NCBI GenBank assembly: GCA_041946735.1
Contig: JBHGAY010000010.1
Location: 32,001-96,000, forward strand
DNA: 64,000 bases
Direction: 5' to 3'
Origin: Candidatus Eiseniibacteriota bacterium
GTDB taxonomy: Bacteria > Eisenbacteria > RBG-16-71-46 > CAIMUX01 > VGJL01
Each line of letters begins with the position of its first letter. Position 1 is the first letter of the stretch. The notes beneath the pieces were generated by a model that saw only the letters and a program-made list of their open reading frames with translations, did no database searches and was not told where the DNA came from. Shown here piece by piece: positions 44,485-55,174 of the stretch. The position numbers and the translations under genes are program-made.

Positions 44485-47133
44485 ATGGATCGCTTCTCCT
44501 CGTCCCCTCGGTCTCTCGCCCCCACCATCCTGCTGGGCCTTCTCGCCTGCGCCGCGCTCGGTTACTGGGCGCGCACTCCCGTTTCCACCGGCGGCGTCCC
44601 GAGGCAGCACGCCAGTGGCCGGATCGCGCAACAAGAAGGGCGCGAGGCGAGCGCGAGCCTCGAGTCCGCCGAGGAAAAGCCGGCGGATTGGTTCCTCCGC
44701 CAGCGCGCCTACCCGGGCGCGACGGTGCCGATGGATCGCTACCGGGCGGCGCTCGAGCAGGCGCAGCAACTGCGCGCAGAGGGAGAGGACGGGCCGCGCG
44801 GCGCGATCCTTTGGCAAGAGGCGGGACCGACGAACATCATGGGTCGTGTCACCTGCATCACCGCGCATCCCGACAGGCCGGGACGGATCTTCGTCGGCTC
44901 GGCGGCCGGCGGGGTCTTTCGCAGCACGAACGACGGCGCTTCCTGGGAGCCGGTGACCGACGGATATGGTGCCTTCTCGATCGGCGATCTCGCGACCGAT
45001 CCGAACGACCCCGACGTGATCTACGTCGGGACGGGCGAAGCCAACTCGAGTGGAGACTCCTACGCCGGCCTCGGAATGTTGAAGTCGACGAACGGCGGAG
45101 ACACGTGGTCGTTCTCCGGACTTCCGGAGTCCCGTCACATCGGCCGGATCGCGATCGACCCCTCGAACTCCTCGCGGATCTTCGTCGCCGCGACCGGAAC
45201 GCTCTTCGGCAAGAACCAGGAGCGCGGGATCTATCGCAGCGACGACGCCGGAGCGAGCTGGACGCGGAAGCTGTTCGTGAGCGACTCGACCGCCGCGATC
45301 GATGTCGCGCTCGATCCCTCCAACACGAGCGTCGTCTATGCGGCGATGTGGGAGCGGATCCGCAAAGCGTCCTACCGGAGGGCCGGCGGGATCACGAGCG
45401 GCATTTGGAAGTCGACCGACGCGGGGGAGACCTGGACGCGGCTCGCGGGCGGCCTGCCCGCTCCGTCGCCGACCGTCGGGCGGATCGGCCTCGCCGTCGC
45501 GCCGTCCGCGCCCTCGACTGTCTATGCCGTCTACGCGGACGATCCCGGATACTTCGCCGGCGTCTACAAGTCGACGAACGCCGGCGCAAGCTGGACGCGC
45601 GCGAACGACGGCGCGATCTCCGACGTCTATAGCAACTTCGGCTGGTACTTCGGCCAGATCCGCGTCGATCCGGCAGACGCGAACAAGATCTATGTGCTCG
45701 GCGTTCCGCTCTATCGCTCGACGAACGGAGGCGGGAGCTGGGGACAGATCGGCGGCTCGATGCATGTCGATCACCATGCGCTCTGGATCGACCCGTCGAA
45801 CCCGCAGCGGATGCTCGAGGGGAACGACGGCGGCGCGTTCCGCTCGACGAACGGCGGCGGGGGCTGGACCGGATTCGGCAACCTCCCGATCACGCAGTTC
45901 TACGCGATCACGATCGACAACCTGCTGCCGCAGCGCCTCTACGGAGGCACGCAGGACAATGGAACGCTGCGGACGACGACCGGCAACATCGGCGACTGGC
46001 ACTCCATCTACGGCGGTGACGGCTTCTACTGCCTCACCGAGCCGAACAACTCGAGCGTGATCTACGCGGAGTACCAGTACGGCGGCCTCGGCAAGTCGAC
46101 GAACGACGGGGGATGGTTCAACGACGCCACCAACGGCATCAACTGGAACGACCGCCGCAACTGGTCGACGCCCGTGGTGATGGATCCGACGAACAGCCAG
46201 GTGCTCTACTACGGCACCTATCGCGTCTACAAGACGACGAACGGCGCTGCGAGTTGGACGGCGATCTCCGGCGATCTGACGGGTGGGACGACCGGAGGGA
46301 ATCTGCAGTTCCCGACGATCACGACCATCGCGGTCGCGCCATCCAACCCGCAGACCGTCTACGCCGGGACGGACGACGCCCATGTCTGGGTCACCACGAA
46401 CGGCGGCGGAAACTGGACGGACGTCTCGGCCGGCCTTCCGGACCGCTGGGTCACGCGCGTCGCGGTGGACCCGCTCAACCGGGACATCGCCTACGTGACG
46501 CTCTCCGGGTACAAGGAGGATTCCCTGGCTCCGCACGTCTTCCGGACGACGAATCGCGGGGCGATCTGGACGGACATCTCCGGCAACCTGCCGGACGGTC
46601 CCGTCAACGCGCTCGTGGTCGATCCTGACGCGCCGAGCACCACGCTCTACGTGGGGACCGACTTCGGAGTCTTCGTCACACGCAACCTTGGCGCCCGCTG
46701 GGACGTCCTGGGGGCGGGACTTCCGATCAATCCGATCCACGATCTGGTACTCCACGCCGGCACGCGCACGCTGGTGGCCGGGACGCACGGCCGGTCGATG
46801 TTCAAGCTGGCGCTGCCGACGGCCGCGGGCGCCGCGTCGCCCGATGCGCCGCGCGGCGCGATCGCGATCGCGCTCTCCGGGCCGAACCCGTTCCGGGACG
46901 GCACCGCCCTCTTCTTCGATCTGCGGCGCGAAGCGCAGGTCTCGGTGCGGGTGGTGGACGCGGGGGGGCGCCTGGTTCGCTCGCTCGCGGAGGGAAGCTT
47001 CGCGGCAGGCCGTCATGATCTTTCCTGGGACGGCCGGGACGCGGCCGGCCGGGCCACCGCCTCCGGAACCTACTTCGTTCGTGTCGAGGCAGAGGGAGAG
47101 CGCCACGCTTTGCGGGTCGTAAAGACGCGCTGA
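44485..47133 (+). CDS. Secreted BNR/Asp-box (VPS10-like) beta-propeller protein with C-terminal FlgD-Ig-like domain
   Basis: Many S/T-x-D/N-G-G-x-S/T-W Asp-boxes, GGTQDNG, GGDG, THGRS. C-terminal GPNPF...DAGGRLVRSL...WDGRDAAG...SGTYFVR. Confidence 0.88.
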   Translation: MDRFSSSPRSLAPTILLGLLACAALGYWARTPVSTGGVPRQHASGRIAQQEGREASASLESAEEKPADWFLRQRAYPGATVPMDRYRAALEQAQQLRAEGEDGPRGAILWQEAGPTNIMGRVTCITAHPDRPGRIFVGSAAGGVFRSTNDGASWEPVTDGYGAFSIGDLATDPNDPDVIYVGTGEANSSGDSYAGLGMLKSTNGGDTWSFSGLPESRHIGRIAIDPSNSSRIFVAATGTLFGKNQERGIYRSDDAGASWTRKLFVSDSTAAIDVALDPSNTSVVYAAMWERIRKASYRRAGGITSGIWKSTDAGETWTRLAGGLPAPSPTVGRIGLAVAPSAPSTVYAVYADDPGYFAGVYKSTNAGASWTRANDGAISDVYSNFGWYFGQIRVDPADANKIYVLGVPLYRSTNGGGSWGQIGGSMHVDHHALWIDPSNPQRMLEGNDGGAFRSTNGGGGWTGFGNLPITQFYAITIDNLLPQRLYGGTQDNGTLRTTTGNIGDWHSIYGGDGFYCLTEPNNSSVIYAEYQYGGLGKSTNDGGWFNDATNGINWNDRRNWSTPVVMDPTNSQVLYYGTYRVYKTTNGAASWTAISGDLTGGTTGGNLQFPTITTIAVAPSNPQTVYAGTDDAHVWVTTNGGGNWTDVSAGLPDRWVTRVAVDPLNRDIAYVTLSGYKEDSLAPHVFRTTNRGAIWTDISGNLPDGPVNALVVDPDAPSTTLYVGTDFGVFVTRNLGARWDVLGAGLPINPIHDLVLHAGTRTLVAGTHGRSMFKLALPTAAGAASPDAPRGAIAIALSGPNPFRDGTALFFDLRREAQVSVRVVDAGGRLVRSLAEGSFAAGRHDLSWDGRDAAGRATASGTYFVRVEAEGERHALRVVKTR

Positions 47134-47175
47134 CGATTCCGGGCGAGCACCGGCGGCGGTGACGATCTGGAGAGG

Positions 47176-48675
47176 CTAGAAGCCGATCAGGATTGCGCCG
47201 ACTTCGGCGTTGTCCAGATAGCGGCCGCGGACGGGATCGGTCTCGTCCGCGGCTTCCTCGAAGCGATCGATCCCCGGTCCCTTGGCGAAGATCGGGATCA
47301 GCTGATTGGTGTGATTGGTCGCGTGCCATTCGTGTCCCGGCACGTTGCCGCGCCCACGGTTCTCGAGCGGTTTCCAGACGGGCGGATCCGCCGGCCGCTT
47401 GCCCGGTCCGGATCCGGGTCCCGTGAGGTAGCCGGTTTCGTGGTCGCCCGTCACGACGACGAGCGTCTCGTCCCAGCTCGACCTGCGCTCCACCCAGTCC
47501 ACGACCGCAGCGACGGCGCCGTTGAAATCGATCTCCTCCTCGATCTCGCGGGAGAGCGAGTTGTCGTGGCAGGCCCAGTCGATCGCGCCGCCCTCGATCA
47601 TCAGGAAGAAGCCGTCGGGATCGTCGTCGAGGACGTTCAGCGCGGCGCGGGCCATCTCGGCGAGGGTAGGGAGGGACTCCGCCCGCGGAACGGCGTACGG
47701 CGGCGCTTGTCTGTCTCCGCCTCGCGACTCCTGGAGAGTGCGGCCCACTTGGGGGACGCCGCAGAGGCGCCGGGGAACGGGACCGTCGGCCAAGCGCCGG
47801 AACTCCTCTCGCGACTGCACGAACGTCCAGGGATCCGGGGCGGCGTCGCCGTCGGCATCCGCGATCGTGACGTCCGGCTGTCCATCCCCCGTGGTGTCGA
47901 ACACGGTGGCGCCCGCCTGCAGCGCTTCCCAGACGCTTCGTCCTCCGACGTACTTGAAGCTTGCTGGCTTCTCTTGGCGGCGGCCATCGTCGTCCCACCA
48001 AGGGTCCCCGCATCCGATGATCACTTCGAGCCGGCTGCGGAGGAGCATTTGACGGGCGATCCCTTCGTAATCGTCGCGACGGCGATCGTGAGCCACGAAG
48101 CCCGCGGGCGTCGCGTGGCTGAGCGGCACAGAGGTGACGACGCCCGTCGCCTTTCCCCGGCGCTCGGCGACTTCGGTCGCATTCGCGATCGGCGCGCCGC
48201 TCGTGTCGACTCCGATGCCCGCGTCGTGAGTCTTGACCCCGGTCGCCAGCGCGGTGGCGGCCGCCGCGGAGTCGGTCGGCTTTCGCCGCACCCAGTCGAA
48301 CTCGGACCACGCGGCTTTCGGGTCGTACGGTCCCGTTTCCACCGAGCCGGTGCAGATGGAGGCGCGGAACGGGAACGACTCGTACGGTTGCCTGCCGGTC
48401 TGCCCGTATTCGTAGAGGCTGGCGGCCTCGATCTGCGAGAAACCGCAACCGTCGCTGATCATGAGGACGATGTTGCGGGGAGCGGCCGGGGGCCGTTCGG
48501 GCCCCGGCCGCGCCGCCAAGGGCGGGCTCCCGTCGGGCAGGAGGACGGCGAAGCCGGCGGCGACGGCTAGGCTCGAGGAGAATCGATGGCGCCTGGACAC
48601 AGCCGACAAGCTAGCGCTGCCGACCGGAGCCAGCAAGCAGTCTCCTGGCGCGCGAAGCTCTTGATGACCCGCCAT
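47176..48675 (-). CDS. Alkaline phosphatase (start uncertain)
   Basis: ISDGCG, TDSAAAATA (catalytic Ser), HATPA, EGGAIDWACH, GDHETG, HTN. Confidence 0.9.
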   Translation of the reverse strand: MAGHQELRAPGDCLLAPVGSASLSAVSRRHRFSSSLAVAAGFAVLLPDGSPPLAARPGPERPPAAPRNIVLMISDGCGFSQIEAASLYEYGQTGRQPYESFPFRASICTGSVETGPYDPKAAWSEFDWVRRKPTDSAAAATALATGVKTHDAGIGVDTSGAPIANATEVAERRGKATGVVTSVPLSHATPAGFVAHDRRRDDYEGIARQMLLRSRLEVIIGCGDPWWDDDGRRQEKPASFKYVGGRSVWEALQAGATVFDTTGDGQPDVTIADADGDAAPDPWTFVQSREEFRRLADGPVPRRLCGVPQVGRTLQESRGGDRQAPPYAVPRAESLPTLAEMARAALNVLDDDPDGFFLMIEGGAIDWACHDNSLSREIEEEIDFNGAVAAVVDWVERRSSWDETLVVVTGDHETGYLTGPGSGPGKRPADPPVWKPLENRGRGNVPGHEWHATNHTNQLIPIFAKGPGIDRFEEAADETDPVRGRYLDNAEVGAILIGF

Positions 48676-48758
48676 TCGGATCGATATTCTGAGTCCGACA
48701 TCGCGATTCGCCTGTTCGTCAAGACGACCGTTGCGCGACAGGAGCCGCAGGAGGATCC

Positions 48759-49592
48759 ATGCCCCGCTCGAGCCGCTTCCGCGCCGACATCTCGGTAGCC
48801 GCGGCCGCCGTGCTGGGCGCGTTCCTGCTCTTCGCCTGCCCCTTCTTCGCCTGCCCCGCCAACGCCGTCTTCCTTTGGGGAGATCTGCGCGGCGCCTTTG
48901 TGGCCGGGTACGCCACGGCGTGGACGGAAATCGACGACGACCACTACTACTACGACAGCGACACCGTCGATCTGCAATGGCCGGGGGCCGGTCTGCCTCT
49001 GCAGGCATCCATCGACGCGTGGACTCCCTGCGCCTGGTCGAACGCGACAGGAAACGTCGCCGCCAACCGTGTCTCGCTGTCGATTTCGGCCGACGGCACA
49101 TTCGGCTATCCCTCCTCCTCCCGCGCCTACATGAGCGGCGCTCTCCGGCGGGGATTCCGGATCGAAGGGGGTACCGGAGCCGTGCACGTCGACATTCCCT
49201 TCGCTTTGAGCGGCTCGTTATTCGGCGATGGTCCGACGGGACGGTGGGTCGCCCGCGTCCTCGGGGAGGGCCAGCCTCTCTCGGGCTCGCACAACGCGAC
49301 CTTCCCCGGCGAGTCTCATGTCTGGTCGGGCGATCTGCTCTACGGGCAGGACTACATCTTCGAGATCGGGGCGCAGGCCTACGGGGGCGGTTTCTACGAG
49401 ACCGCCTTCGTGCGCGACTACGCGATCCAACTGGCCGCGCCCATCCCCGAGCCCTCGTCTCTGTGGCTGCTCGCGGGGGGCCTTGCTGGTTTGCTCGGCC
49501 TGGCGCGGCTGCCGCGCGCGAGCCGTCCGCCGCGCAGCCCTCGAGGCATGCAGCGAGCCCGCTCGCGCTCCTCGCGCGGCACCGGCGTCTGA
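48759..49592 (+). CDS. PEP-CTERM sorting domain protein
   Basis: GGAGG SD, signal peptide, C-terminal IPEPSSLWLLAGGLAGLLGLAR followed by a basic tail. Confidence 0.85.
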   Translation: MPRSSRFRADISVAAAAVLGAFLLFACPFFACPANAVFLWGDLRGAFVAGYATAWTEIDDDHYYYDSDTVDLQWPGAGLPLQASIDAWTPCAWSNATGNVAANRVSLSISADGTFGYPSSSRAYMSGALRRGFRIEGGTGAVHVDIPFALSGSLFGDGPTGRWVARVLGEGQPLSGSHNATFPGESHVWSGDLLYGQDYIFEIGAQAYGGGFYETAFVRDYAIQLAAPIPEPSSLWLLAGGLAGLLGLARLPRASRPPRSPRGMQRARSRSSRGTGV

Positions 49593-49837
49593 GTAGCCTC
49601 CCGCCGCCGGTCGACCCTCACGCACCGCGCATCGATTCGACTCGTCTCGGGATCGCGCAGCGGGACTCCGCGCATCCGAGCCCGCCGCTTGGTCCTCCGA
49701 AAGTTCGTATGCTATCATTTCCGAGGTCGATCGAGCGGCATTCCCAGCGCTTCGGGGTGCGATGACGTGTGCCGTCGCTTCGATTCCGCGTTGGCCCGCA
49801 TCCGCGTCCTGCCCGGACGCGAAAGGAGAACAGGCCG

Positions 49838-52096
49838 ATGATTCCCGCTGTCTTCCGGCGGCGCGCCTCGCTAGTCCTGGTTCTGTCCCTCTCCGGAACT
49901 GCGTTTCTCCTGGCCATGTCGCGTCCGTTGGTTCCCGCTGCTTCGGCGGAGTGCGAGGACTACGACGATCGTCTCCAGTGGATTTCCCATGCTTCGACGC
50001 CGACCGGTGTCGTGAACGTGACGGTCGCCGAAGGTCACATGTACGTTCCCGGCGCCGCTCAGGGCGTGGTCGTCTTCGACGTCTCGGATCCGAGGAACCC
50101 CGTCGAGGTCGGCGCGGTCGACACGGGAGGGACGGCGACCGACGTCGCATTCAAGGGGGACTACGCCTACGTCGCCGACCTCTTCCAAGGGGTGCAGGTC
50201 CTCGACGTCCGCAATCCCCATGCTCCCTTCTGGGTCGGCAACATCGCCACGGCGATGCCGGCGGTGTCTGTCTTCCTCGCGAAGGGATATCTCTTCATCG
50301 GAGAAGCAAACTTTCCCTTCTTCTCGCCTTCGGTGCTGGAGGTCGCGTCGATCGATCCGCCTCAGTCGCCGGAGATCGTCGCCACGATGGCGACCCCGAG
50401 TTGGGCGCGTGACATCGCGATCGCCGGGGATCAACTCTACGTAGCGGTCGAGGAGAAGGGGATGATCCGCGTGGACATCACGGATCCGGAGAATCCCGTA
50501 ACGACCGCGGCGCTCGTCTTGCCGGGCGTCTGCGAGGGACTGGCGGTGGACGCCACCGGGGAGCATGCGTACCTCGCCTGTGGCCAGGCGGGCGGACTGC
50601 AGTCGGTTCGCATCTCCGAGAGCTCGCCACTCGAAGTGCTCGGGTCGGTGGCGATTCCCTCGGTGGCGGAAGCGGTCGCTCTGTACGGGAACTACGCTTG
50701 CGTCGCCGCTCTCTACGACGGCCTCCAGGTGGTCGACGTCTCGAATCCCGCTTCGCCCACGCTGATCGGGAGCCTCGATACCCCCGTGGAGGCCTGGGGA
50801 GTCACCACCCATGGCTCCAACGCCTATGTCTGCGACAACTACAGCGTCGAGATCTACGAGCTCGGGGAGGAGCCGCGAAACGTCGAGTCGATTCCGATCG
50901 TCGAGGACATCGATGCGACCGACATCGCCCTCGACGGCTCCACGGCGATCGTCGTAGGACAAAGTTCCGGCATGAATGTCTACGATGTCGCCGATCCGCT
51001 TCATCCCGTCGTGATCGGCAGCTGCGGGATCCCGGGATCGTGCGTCGGCCTCGACCTACAGGGGGACTACGCCTACACATCCTCCTGGTCGGGAGAGGTC
51101 GCTGTCGTGGACGTCCGCGACCCTCACGCCCCCTTCGTCGTCGGGGTCGACTCGCTCGAAACCTCGGCCTGCGACATCGACGTGGTCGGGAGCTACGCGT
51201 TTCTGGCCGCCCGCCGCTTCGCCGTCTTCGACGTTTCGAATCCGGCCGATCCCGAGCTCGTCGCGAACATTCCCACCTCGGCCGAGTCGCGCGCGCGGAA
51301 GGGGATCGTCTCCGGCGACTACGCCTACGTGGCCGACGAGGCGGCCGGGCTCGTCGTCATCGACGTCTCCTCTCCCCGGAATCCGGTCGTGGTTCGGACG
51401 GTCGGTGTCGACGGCGGTGCGTATGCCGTCGGCGTCTCGGGGGATCACGCCTACCTGTCCGGCAACGACAAGCGCTTCTACGTCATCGACGTTTCCGTCC
51501 CCGAAATGGCGGCGATCGTCGGCAGCGTCCCGCTCGAGTCGCGCGCGAATCGGATCTGGGCCGATGGGCAGGTCGCCTACGTCGCCTGCTCCTACCCGTG
51601 GGGCGTCTACGCGGTCGACGTTCAGGAGCCGACCCGTCCGTACCTTCTCGGCCAGTTGATCATTCCCTCGGTCGGCCTGGGGATCGAGGTGACCGACGAT
51701 TGGGTCTACGTGGCCGGGAGCCCGTTCGTCGTCGCGGGCCCGCCGCACTGCTCCGATGCCGGCTCGAGCGTCGACGTGTCCGAGGAGATCGATGGCGGCG
51801 CCTCCGGACGTCTCCTCTCGGTCTGGCCGACCCCGGCTTCAGGTCCGGTGACGCTCGCGTTCGACTGGCGGGCGGGCGGCACGGCCGATGCGCTCGTCGG
51901 CATCTTCGATGCATCCGGCCGTTGCGTTCGCAGGCTGGCTGCGGCCGTGGGTGGGCCGGCGGGCGGACGGCAGGTCTCTTGGGACGGCCTGGACGAGCAG
52001 GGCCGGCCGGCACCGAGCGGCACCTACTTCGCGCGGCTCGATGGAGGAGTGGCGGCCGGCAGGCGTGCGGCGACGCGCATCCTTCTCTTGCGTTGA
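49838..52096 (+). CDS. Secreted LVIVD-repeat beta-propeller protein with C-terminal FlgD-Ig-like domain
   Basis: AAAGGAG SD; repeated YAYVAD..GL.V.DVS.P..P units; C-terminal FDASGRCVRRL...WDGLDEQG...SGTYFAR. Confidence 0.88.
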   Translation: MIPAVFRRRASLVLVLSLSGTAFLLAMSRPLVPAASAECEDYDDRLQWISHASTPTGVVNVTVAEGHMYVPGAAQGVVVFDVSDPRNPVEVGAVDTGGTATDVAFKGDYAYVADLFQGVQVLDVRNPHAPFWVGNIATAMPAVSVFLAKGYLFIGEANFPFFSPSVLEVASIDPPQSPEIVATMATPSWARDIAIAGDQLYVAVEEKGMIRVDITDPENPVTTAALVLPGVCEGLAVDATGEHAYLACGQAGGLQSVRISESSPLEVLGSVAIPSVAEAVALYGNYACVAALYDGLQVVDVSNPASPTLIGSLDTPVEAWGVTTHGSNAYVCDNYSVEIYELGEEPRNVESIPIVEDIDATDIALDGSTAIVVGQSSGMNVYDVADPLHPVVIGSCGIPGSCVGLDLQGDYAYTSSWSGEVAVVDVRDPHAPFVVGVDSLETSACDIDVVGSYAFLAARRFAVFDVSNPADPELVANIPTSAESRARKGIVSGDYAYVADEAAGLVVIDVSSPRNPVVVRTVGVDGGAYAVGVSGDHAYLSGNDKRFYVIDVSVPEMAAIVGSVPLESRANRIWADGQVAYVACSYPWGVYAVDVQEPTRPYLLGQLIIPSVGLGIEVTDDWVYVAGSPFVVAGPPHCSDAGSSVDVSEEIDGGASGRLLSVWPTPASGPVTLAFDWRAGGTADALVGIFDASGRCVRRLAAAVGGPAGGRQVSWDGLDEQGRPAPSGTYFARLDGGVAAGRRAATRILLLR

Positions 52097-52433
52097 TCGA
52101 CGCCGCGACGACACGGAGGCGCGGGCGTGAAGGGCCGGTCCGCTGGCCGGCCCGCACTGCGCCTCCGGGCGAACGACGCGTGGCGTGAAGAGGTGGGGCA
52201 CGGCCGCCGCCGTGCCCGCCCCCGGTGCCCGCCCCGGTGCCTGCCCCCAGCCTGCCCGCTGCCTGCCCCCAGTCCGCCCCCGGCCCGTCCCTCTGCCTCG
52301 TCCGCCGGTCCCGTCCGTCTGGCCGTCCTGTCTTTCTCCATCCTCGACTTGCAGCCGCCGGAGCTACGCTGCATCCTTTCCTCCTTGCTCGGCCGCGAGG
52401 CTTCGGGAGTCGTTCGAGGAAGGTCGTTGCCGT

Positions 52434-54365
52434 ATGGCCACCGTCAAGGCGCCGCCGTCGAGAGTCCATGCGCCGTCCCCCTCTCCCTCCCGCATCCTCC
52501 AGCGCGCCCTGCTCCCGATGCTTCTGGTCTCTGCGTCTCTCGCGGCGCTGCATCCGATCCTCGAGGAAGATCTCTGGTGGCATCTCCGGGCGGGATCGGA
52601 GATGCTGCACGGCCTCGGGATCCCGCGGGTGGACACCTACTCCTACCCCTCCGCCGGCAACCCCTATATCGATCTGCACTGGTCGTTCCAGGCCGCCGCT
52701 TCCCTGATCCAGCGTGCGTTCGGCCTCGACGGCGTGATCCTGGTGAAGTGCCTCCTGGCGGCCGCCATCTTCGGGATCGTCTACCGGCTCGCCCGCCGTG
52801 GAGCGCCGGCGTGGATCGCAGCGTTTCTCACTGCGGCCGGCGTCGTTCTGGCGAGCGAACGCTTCCTCGCGCGACCGGAGATGGTCACCTATGCGCTCCT
52901 CGCCGCGACGCTCTGGGCGCTACAGCGGCATGAGGAAGGATCGCCGAGGGCCTGGATACTGTTGCCAATCATCACGCTGGTATCGGTCAACGTCGAAGGG
53001 CTCTTCGTCCTCGGGCTGCTCGTGATCGCGGCCCGCCTCTCCGGTCGCCCGCGCGACCGCAAACTGTGGCTCGGATTCGGCCTGTCGCTCCTCGCCACGC
53101 TGATCAACCCGTACTTCGCGACCGGCGCCGTGCATCCGTTGGTCCTCTTCACGCGGGTGAGCGGCGCGATGGCCATCTACTCGCAGACGATCGGGGAGCT
53201 GCGGAGCCCGTTCGCGCCGGGGATCCCCCATCCTGCGATCTTCGTCTTTCCGTACTTCCTCGCTCTCTGCGCCTTGGCTCTCGTCCTCCACGGGCGACGG
53301 CCGCGGCTCTGGGAGATCCTCCTGATGATCGCCTTCGTCTACCTCGGGATCCGCTCCCGCAGGACGCTGGCCCCTCTGGCGATCGTCGCGGTGCCGATCC
53401 TCGCTCGATGGATCGGGGAAGGACGGGGGACGGCATGGCTCGAAAGCAAGCTCGCGCCGCGAGCCCGATCGGCCGCGACGACGGCGGCCGCCGTGGCGAT
53501 CCTCGTCGGACTCGCCGGCTACGACCTCTGCCTTGCGAACGGGATGATCCAGGAGGCGATCGGGACGAACCGGCGGCTCGGGTTCGGAATCGCGGAGACG
53601 GCGGACCTGAGGCGTTGCGCCTCGTTCCTTCATGACAATCGAATCCGCGGGCCGATGTTCCACACGCTTTCCACGGGCGGCTACCTGATCTACGGCTATC
53701 CCGAAGAGAAGGTGTTCATCGACGGGAGGCTGGAGGTGCACACCGCGGAACATTATGCGGCCTACCTCGCGATCCTCGGCGGCGGCGACGCCTGGAAGTC
53801 CGCGGACGCGCGCTACGGCTTCCGTTGCCTCGTGCTGAACTATGCCGAGGCGCCCAAGCTCACCGCCGAGCGTCTCGCCGATCCCGCGTGGGCGCCTGTG
53901 TATCTGGACGACTCGGCGATCGTGATCTTGAGGGACGATCCGGAGAACCGGGGGACGATCGAGAGCCATTTGCTCACGCGCGACACGCTTCCCCGGCGGT
54001 TCCCGAGCCTCGAGTCCGGCGGCGCGGTCGGCGCCACCCTTCCCTCGGCGCGAAGGATTCCGCTCATCGGGCGTCTCTTTCAGTTCGAGCCGATTCCGTG
54101 GTCGGAGCTCTACCTCGGGCAGTTCTTCTCCATGATCCGCATGCCAACGCTCGCCGGAGCCCAGTACGAGAAGGCCGTGAGGAGGTCGCCGCATTCGCTG
54201 ACGGCGAGGCTCCTCCTCGCCGAGGCGCTCGGCGGGATGGGGGAAGAAGCGGCGGCGCTGCGCGTGCTGGACGGGGCGGCGCCGCTGGCAGGCCGCCCGG
54301 CCGACCGCCAAAGGCTTGCCGCGGCAAGGACTGCCATCGAAGCGGCCACCCGGGCGCCGCGCTAA
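52434..54365 (+). CDS. GT-C-like multi-pass membrane protein with C-terminal TPR-like helices
   Basis: EEDLWWHLRAG after TM1, RPE, LINPY, IGEL.SP, GGYLIY, VFIDGRLEV. Confidence 0.75.
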   Translation: MATVKAPPSRVHAPSPSPSRILQRALLPMLLVSASLAALHPILEEDLWWHLRAGSEMLHGLGIPRVDTYSYPSAGNPYIDLHWSFQAAASLIQRAFGLDGVILVKCLLAAAIFGIVYRLARRGAPAWIAAFLTAAGVVLASERFLARPEMVTYALLAATLWALQRHEEGSPRAWILLPIITLVSVNVEGLFVLGLLVIAARLSGRPRDRKLWLGFGLSLLATLINPYFATGAVHPLVLFTRVSGAMAIYSQTIGELRSPFAPGIPHPAIFVFPYFLALCALALVLHGRRPRLWEILLMIAFVYLGIRSRRTLAPLAIVAVPILARWIGEGRGTAWLESKLAPRARSAATTAAAVAILVGLAGYDLCLANGMIQEAIGTNRRLGFGIAETADLRRCASFLHDNRIRGPMFHTLSTGGYLIYGYPEEKVFIDGRLEVHTAEHYAAYLAILGGGDAWKSADARYGFRCLVLNYAEAPKLTAERLADPAWAPVYLDDSAIVILRDDPENRGTIESHLLTRDTLPRRFPSLESGGAVGATLPSARRIPLIGRLFQFEPIPWSELYLGQFFSMIRMPTLAGAQYEKAVRRSPHSLTARLLLAEALGGMGEEAAALRVLDGAAPLAGRPADRQRLAAARTAIEAATRAPR

Positions 54366-54568
54366 GCGTCCGCCTTCCTGGAAGGCCTAAGGGCGCAGGC
54401 GCGCCCGCCCTGCGCTCGTCCCTCCGAGCGTCCGCCCGGCGCTCGTCCCTCCAGCCCGCCCGCGGGCGCGTGGCTCCCGGACGCCTCTCCGCCCCACCTT
54501 CCCGCCGGAGACCACCGCGCAGGATCCAGCTAACGCAATCGGGCGCTCGACGGTCTACAATTCCGGGC

Positions 54569-55174
54569 ATGGATCGCATGCCGGGCCTGCGCGTAGCCGC
54601 AGCGGAGGACGGGGATCTGGTCGCGTGGAGCCGACAGGGAGACGCGGCCGCGTTCGAAGAGCTCGTTCGCAGGCATTCCCGGCTCGCCTACACCGTGGCA
54701 AAAGCGATCCTCCGCAACCGGGCCGATGCCGAAGACGTCTGCCAAGAGTCGTGGATGCGGGCCTTGCGTCATCTGGAGGAATGCAGGCAGCCGGACCGCT
54801 TCCTGTTCTGGTTCCTGCAGATCGTCCGCAACCGGGCTCGCAATCAGCTCCAGCACGACAAGGTGCGAGCGGCCGCGCCGCTGGAATCGATCGCCTCGCT
54901 TCCGGCGCGCGCCTGCCTCGCCGGGGACGCCGGTTCGAGCGGCGACCTGCTCGAGTGGGAGCTGGATCGCTCCGCGCTCACCGCCGCCCTTCGAGCGCTC
55001 CCCGGGAGCTATCGCGAGGTGCTCCTGCTGCACGACGTGGAGGGACTGAAGCACCGTTCGATCGCGGAGCGGATCGGCATCTCGGAGGTTCTCAGCCGCC
55101 AGAGGCTCTTTCAGGCCCGGTCCCAGCTGCGGCGGATGCTGAGGGAAGACTTCATGGGAGGTCCGGCGCGATGA
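54569..55174 (+). CDS. ECF RNA polymerase sigma factor
   Basis: GDAAAFEELVRRH, DAEDVCQE, WFLQIVRN, region 4 LPGSYREVLLLHDVEGL...IAERIG. Confidence 0.92.
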   Translation: MDRMPGLRVAAAEDGDLVAWSRQGDAAAFEELVRRHSRLAYTVAKAILRNRADAEDVCQESWMRALRHLEECRQPDRFLFWFLQIVRNRARNQLQHDKVRAAAPLESIASLPARACLAGDAGSSGDLLEWELDRSALTAALRALPGSYREVLLLHDVEGLKHRSIAERIGISEVLSRQRLFQARSQLRRMLREDFMGGPAR

